A DNA stretch of 64,000 bases, from the NCBI GenBank assembly GCA_965226495.1, contig OZ245365.1:4736001-4800000 (forward strand), read 5' to 3'. Both the position numbers and the translations under genes were made by a program. Positions 59,736 through 64,000 of the stretch are shown piece by piece (position 1 is the first letter of the stretch; each line of letters begins with the position of its first letter). The notes under the pieces are model-generated. The model worked only from the letters and a program-made list of their open reading frames with translations. It was not told the DNA's origin and searched no databases. Origin of the DNA: Candidatus Marinacidobacterales bacterium (GTDB taxonomy: Bacteria; Acidobacteriota; Vicinamibacteria; Marinacidobacterales; DATDRI01).

Positions 59736-60689
59736 ATGACAGACTGGCTTGACAAGAAGATCACCCCCATGCTGGCCTCCTCGGGCCAGCCCTTCGACTC
59801 CAGTAAGCATCTCTACGAGATCAAGTGGGATGGGATTAGGGTCCTCGCCTTTTTCGGGAAAGACCGGATACGACTCCAAACGCGCCGCCATCTAGATACG
59901 ACACACCGATATCCAGAGATCGTCCGCGCCCTCAGCGAGCTCCCCGGAGAAGGGATCTTGGACGGCGAGGTCGTCGTCTTCGACGGAGACAAACCGAGTT
60001 TCGAACGGGCGCTCGAGCGCGAGCTGGTGTCCAATCCGGCCCGGATCGCGCAGCGTTCTCGCGACATCCCTGCGTACTACGTCGCCTTCGACCTTCTCTA
60101 CCTGGACGGACGCGTGCCCATGGAAGAGCCTCTATCCGAACGGAAGCGGCTTCTGTCGGGGCTCCTCACGGCAAGCCCTCCCCAACCCATTGTCGAGTCC
60201 GCCTACATTCTGGAGCGCGGATCCGCGTACTACCAGGAAGCCGCCGAACGGGGGCTCGAGGGCATCGTGGCCAAGACCCTCGACGGCCGTTACCTTCCAG
60301 GCAAACGCACGCGAGACTGGATCAAAATCAAAACCCGTCGCACAATCGATTGCGTCGTCTTGGGAACCGTCCGCGAGAAAGGCACGGGACGAGTGAAGTC
60401 CTTAGTGCTTGGTGCCTACCGAAACGGTGAGCTCACCTGGATCGGCAATGTTGGAAGCGGCTTGGATGGAAAGACACTGCAAGCGCTCAAGCAGGAGCTG
60501 GGTCCGCTCGAAAGTGGCCCGCCGGAAGGGCTCAAGGTCGTCGCGCCGGGCCACGTCCGCTGGCTCATGCCTGCCCTCGTTGCCCGCGTCGAGTACGCCG
60601 AGACGACCCGGGAAGGAAGGCTGAGGGCGCCGGTCTTCTTGGGGTTCGTGGACTCCCCACTCGAGAAATGCCTGGCCCCCAGCCAATGA
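59736..60689 (+). CDS. ligD: ATP-dependent DNA ligase (stand-alone LigD ligase domain)
   Basis: PMLA, EIKWDGIR, LDGE, FDLL, EGIVAK, Y.PG.R..W.KIK, VGSG, LRAP.F. Confidence 0.9.
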   Translation: MTDWLDKKITPMLASSGQPFDSSKHLYEIKWDGIRVLAFFGKDRIRLQTRRHLDTTHRYPEIVRALSELPGEGILDGEVVVFDGDKPSFERALERELVSNPARIAQRSRDIPAYYVAFDLLYLDGRVPMEEPLSERKRLLSGLLTASPPQPIVESAYILERGSAYYQEAAERGLEGIVAKTLDGRYLPGKRTRDWIKIKTRRTIDCVVLGTVREKGTGRVKSLVLGAYRNGELTWIGNVGSGLDGKTLQALKQELGPLESGPPEGLKVVAPGHVRWLMPALVARVEYAETTREGRLRAPVFLGFVDSPLEKCLAPSQ

Positions 60690-60690
60690 C

Positions 60691-61260
60691 TCAACTCCCC
60701 ACAGGCAGAAGCTCTATCAGCTCTTTCACCAAACGCCCGGTGATTCCCCAGATGTCGTGCTCCCCGTGACGATAGTGATAGATGGGAATCCTTTGACCTG
60801 GCGATATCTCTCGCCGTTCTATGGAAAGCACGTCCGGTTCCCGAAGCGCGGCCAGAGGCACGAGTAACAGTTCTTCCACCTCGTGGTTAGTTCGAAATGC
60901 ATAGGGACCTTTTACCAAACCGACGAAGGGCGTGATGCAAAACCCAGTGATCGTTGGCATTTCGTCCATCTGTCCGAGAATATGGACGTCCGACGCTTTG
61001 AGTCCTACCTCTTCCTCGCTCTCTCTCAACGCCGCGGCCAGTGGAGAGGCGTCGCCCGGATCGATGGCCCCGCCGGGAAAAGAGATGTCGCCTGGCTGCC
61101 GCCGCAAGGAAGCGGCTCGGACCGTCAAGAGAAGCTTGTAGTCGCCCTCCTCCGAAACTAGTGGCAGAAGAACGGCTGCCGGCCGCAGATCGTCACTTAC
61201 CGCGTGTCGCGGCTTGCGGGCCTCCAGGCGACGACGTATCTCCTGCTCTATCTCGGCCAT
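60691..61260 (-). CDS. Nudix CoA pyrophosphatase (NudL-like)
   Basis: AAVL, LLTVRA..LR..PG.ISFPGG, ALRESEEEVG, IWG.TG. Confidence 0.92.
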   Translation of the reverse strand: MAEIEQEIRRRLEARKPRHAVSDDLRPAAVLLPLVSEEGDYKLLLTVRAASLRRQPGDISFPGGAIDPGDASPLAAALRESEEEVGLKASDVHILGQMDEMPTITGFCITPFVGLVKGPYAFRTNHEVEELLLVPLAALREPDVLSIERREISPGQRIPIYHYRHGEHDIWGITGRLVKELIELLPVGS

Positions 61261-61396
61261 GGCCCGTATTATGTTCCATCGACCGACGACTTTGATTGCG
61301 GAGGGTTGCTGCTGTTGGCTATAATGTCGATCCTCTCGAAGAGTCGGGCTGCCTTCGGCGGTCCCGACAGCGAACGAATGAGCCAGGAAATCCCCC

Positions 61397-62416
61397 GTGC
61401 CGAAGAATGTACCGAAGAGCCTCCGAGCCCGCGCGCCTACCCGTATCGATCTGGCGGGCGGGACCCTCGACATTTGGCCGGTCTATATGATGCTGGAACA
61501 GGCGGCCACCGTGAATGTCGCTATCGACCTCTATGCCGGGGCGACCATCGAGCCGTCCACTTCCACATGGCGCGTTACGGTCGAGGACGGCGGGCGGCAG
61601 ATCGAATCTCTGTCACCAGGGGAGCTCTCTAAGCAGATCGGCGCTGAGATCGCCGGTACGCTTCTCAGTTTCTTCACACCCGACGAGCCCGTCTCGGTCA
61701 CAACCCGCAGCCAAGCACCTTCACAATCGGGACTCGGAGCTTCCTCAGCGCTTGGAATCGCGCTGGCCGGTGGCCTGAACGAATGGACCGGCTCTCGGTA
61801 CGAGCCTTCGGACCTTATCGAGATCGTGAAGAACACTGAGGTAAAGATACTCGGGACGATGACAGGAGCGCAGGATCACTACCCTCCCGTCTACGGCGGT
61901 GCCAGCTGTCTCTGGTGGGGTATGAGCGGCGATCGACGCGAGCCGCTGCCCCTCGATGCCTCGAGTTTCGAGGACCGCTTCTTGCTCGCCTACACGCACC
62001 AACCGCACCGCTCGGGCGTCAACAATTGGGCAGTCGTAAAACGCTTCCTCGACGGAAATGCGGCAACACGCCTAGCTTTCGAGACCATCGGGGCCATCGC
62101 GGTTCAGATGCGGGAGGCGCTCGTAAACGGGGACCTGGAGCGCGCGACAGAGCTAGTCGGTGAAGAATGGGAGGCCCGTCAACGGCTGGCTCCCGCCGTC
62201 TCAAGCCCCGAAGTCGAACGGATCCTGAGCGCCGCGCTACAGTCTGGGGCCGATAGCGGGAAGGCGTGTGGCGCGGGTGGCGGCGGGTGCCTCCTCATCG
62301 CGGCACGGCCCGATAAGCGGGCGGCGGTTGAGGATGCGATTCGCGCCGCCGGAGGTTCCCTGGTAGCCTTTCACGTCGACACCCAGGGATTGCAACTGGA
62401 TTCAGCAGGAGGATAA
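61397..62416 (+). CDS. GHMP-family sugar kinase (HddA/galactokinase-like)
   Basis: APTRIDLAGG..D, P..SGLG.SSA, G.QD, GK.CGAGGGG. Confidence 0.88.
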   Translation: MPKNVPKSLRARAPTRIDLAGGTLDIWPVYMMLEQAATVNVAIDLYAGATIEPSTSTWRVTVEDGGRQIESLSPGELSKQIGAEIAGTLLSFFTPDEPVSVTTRSQAPSQSGLGASSALGIALAGGLNEWTGSRYEPSDLIEIVKNTEVKILGTMTGAQDHYPPVYGGASCLWWGMSGDRREPLPLDASSFEDRFLLAYTHQPHRSGVNNWAVVKRFLDGNAATRLAFETIGAIAVQMREALVNGDLERATELVGEEWEARQRLAPAVSSPEVERILSAALQSGADSGKACGAGGGGCLLIAARPDKRAAVEDAIRAAGGSLVAFHVDTQGLQLDSAGG

Positions 62417-62417
62417 T

Positions 62418-62981
62418 TTGGCCACCGCAACACAAATACGCAAAGGCTGGGTGATCAAACTGAACGACGAGCTTTTCTTAGTGCTCGCCATGGATCACAT
62501 CACGCCCGGCAAGGGTAAAGCCTTCGTTCAAACCAAACTACGAGGTCTCAAAAGCGGTCGGCTCCTCGACCACCGGTTCCGCTCTGCCGATAGCGTCGAG
62601 AAGGCCATCCTGACAAACGTCGAAATGAACTACCTGTACGGCTCGGGCGGAGAGCACCACTTCATGAACAACGAGACCTATGAGCAGCTCATCCTCACAG
62701 AGGTGATCCTCGGCGATGCGATGAACTATCTGGTGCCCAATAGCACCCTGAAGGTACAGATGCACGAGGGCACGGCGGTCGGCATCGAGCTTCCGGGCTC
62801 GGTGGAGCTCAAGGTCGTCGATACCGAGCCGGGGATCAAGGGTGCCTCGGCGCAGCAGCAATCCAAACCGGCCACTCTCGAGACGGGCCTGGTGGTGCAG
62901 GTTCCTTACTTCATAAACAAGGACGAAGTGATTCGGATCGACACCTTCGAAAGTAAGTACGTCGAGCGAGTCAAGTCGTGA
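62418..62981 (+). CDS. efp: translation elongation factor P
   Basis: TPGKG, YLY, ETYEQ, KPA.LETG....VP.FI. Confidence 0.97.
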   Translation: MATATQIRKGWVIKLNDELFLVLAMDHITPGKGKAFVQTKLRGLKSGRLLDHRFRSADSVEKAILTNVEMNYLYGSGGEHHFMNNETYEQLILTEVILGDAMNYLVPNSTLKVQMHEGTAVGIELPGSVELKVVDTEPGIKGASAQQQSKPATLETGLVVQVPYFINKDEVIRIDTFESKYVERVKS

Positions 62982-63659
62982 GTGACCATTGAGGGGAGAT
63001 CGACATTGATAGTTGCCATTGGCTCCACACGGGGTCCCAAGGTCGAGGCGGTCAGACGCGCACTGTCCATACTCAAGGAGCGATTCCCCGGTTTTTTTCG
63101 AGACGAACTCCGTCTCATCGCGAGGGCCGTACCCTCGGGGACCGCATCTACTCCCCTTTCGACGGCCGAGCTCATGCAAGGCGCCCAAACACGCGCGCAG
63201 GGACTCTTCGAGATTCTCTCCGAAGAGGGAACCGTCCCCAAGCTGTCGATCGGGCTCGAGGGAGGACTACGACGTGAAATCTTTGCGGGACTCGAGGAGC
63301 CGGTGGTTTCGTTAGAGGCATGGGCCTACGTCACCGACGGAGTGAGCGGTTTCTTTGGAAGCAGCGGTTGTTTGCCGCTTCCCGGCGAGCTCGTTCAAGC
63401 GGTGGTCGAACGAGGCGAAGACCTCGGGAACGCGGCAGACAAATTCTACGGCCAACAGGATGTAGCTGGACGGCAAGGAACGTTCGGGGTCCTAACTGCC
63501 GATCTAGTGACACGCGAGGAAGCGTTCGTGCGCGCTCTTCTCCACACCTTGGCCCCCTTCTACAACGCTTCCGCGTACGCAGAACGGGTTACCGAGAAGC
63601 CGACGAAGAAACGTCCGGGGGCATCGCCACAGGCGCCGCCAGCGCCTCACGAAGCTTAG
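62982..63659 (+). CDS. yjjX: non-canonical purine NTP phosphatase (YjjX/DUF84)
   Basis: GST...K..AV, VPSG...P, GA..RA, GLEGG, G.FG.LT...TR. Confidence 0.85.
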   Translation: MTIEGRSTLIVAIGSTRGPKVEAVRRALSILKERFPGFFRDELRLIARAVPSGTASTPLSTAELMQGAQTRAQGLFEILSEEGTVPKLSIGLEGGLRREIFAGLEEPVVSLEAWAYVTDGVSGFFGSSGCLPLPGELVQAVVERGEDLGNAADKFYGQQDVAGRQGTFGVLTADLVTREEAFVRALLHTLAPFYNASAYAERVTEKPTKKRPGASPQAPPAPHEA

Positions 63660-63671
63660 GGCCGATCGCAC

Positions 63672-64000
63672 ATGGATGTTGTTCGCTCTCGCACGGGGTG
63701 GATCGAGGTCATCACCGGGAGCATGTTCAGTGGTAAGAGCGAGGAGCTGATCCGCCGCATACGTCGCGCCCAGATCGCTCGGCAACGGGTCCAGGTCTTC
63801 AAACCGAGCATCGATGGCCGCTACAGTCTGGAGCATATCGTCTCCCACAACGACCAGCGACTCGAGGCGGAGCTAGTCCCCAACGCGGATGAAATCGAGA
63901 AACGCCTCGAGCACCGAACCGAGGTCGTTGGCATCGACGAGGCCCAGTTCTTCGATCCCGAACTGGCCAATGTGTGTAACCAATTGGCTAACATGGGCAA
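63672..64000 (+). CDS. tdk: thymidine kinase (partial, runs off window end)
   Basis: [29 protein letters not shown]...FKP..D.RY...IVSH...[10 protein letters not shown]. Confidence 0.95.
   Translation, partial: MDVVRSRTGWIEVITGSMFSGKSEELIRRIRRAQIARQRVQVFKPSIDGRYSLEHIVSHNDQRLEAELVPNADEIEKRLEHRTEVVGIDEAQFFDPELANVCNQLANMG

Overview
GC-rich bacterial chromosome segment; gene content and TonB/TPR style suggest Acidobacteriota (inference). It is mostly housekeeping: lspA-lgt-rluD, pyrRBC, pyrE-truA, a double-length uvrA, uppS-cdsA-dxr-rseP, ddl, tgt-yajC-secDF, tonB-exbB-exbD-exbD, relA/spoT, ridA, rpmB, mrp, korAB, Ku-ligase, efp, yjjX and tdk. One decayed group IIC intron (43250-45196, RT with YAAD and a frameshift) sits behind a terminator. 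Less routine content: (i) an unannotated 20-aa Lys/Arg-rich micropeptide gene with consensus promoter, tandem NrdR-like boxes, long leader, strong RBS and terminator; (ii) an AibA/AibB-like CoA-transferase-fold decarboxylase pair (Cys instead of the catalytic Glu) next to a Zn-MDR; (iii) two inverted heptamer hairpins bounding a 26.5-kb segment whose inversion would rejoin a GNAT with its usual NSAR/OSBS partner; (iv) a modular GGGGTGGGGCCCC REP-like family with covarying stems, forming inverted pairs around relA and around mrp-ABC. All assignments come from reading the sequence and recalled family motifs; no searches were run.
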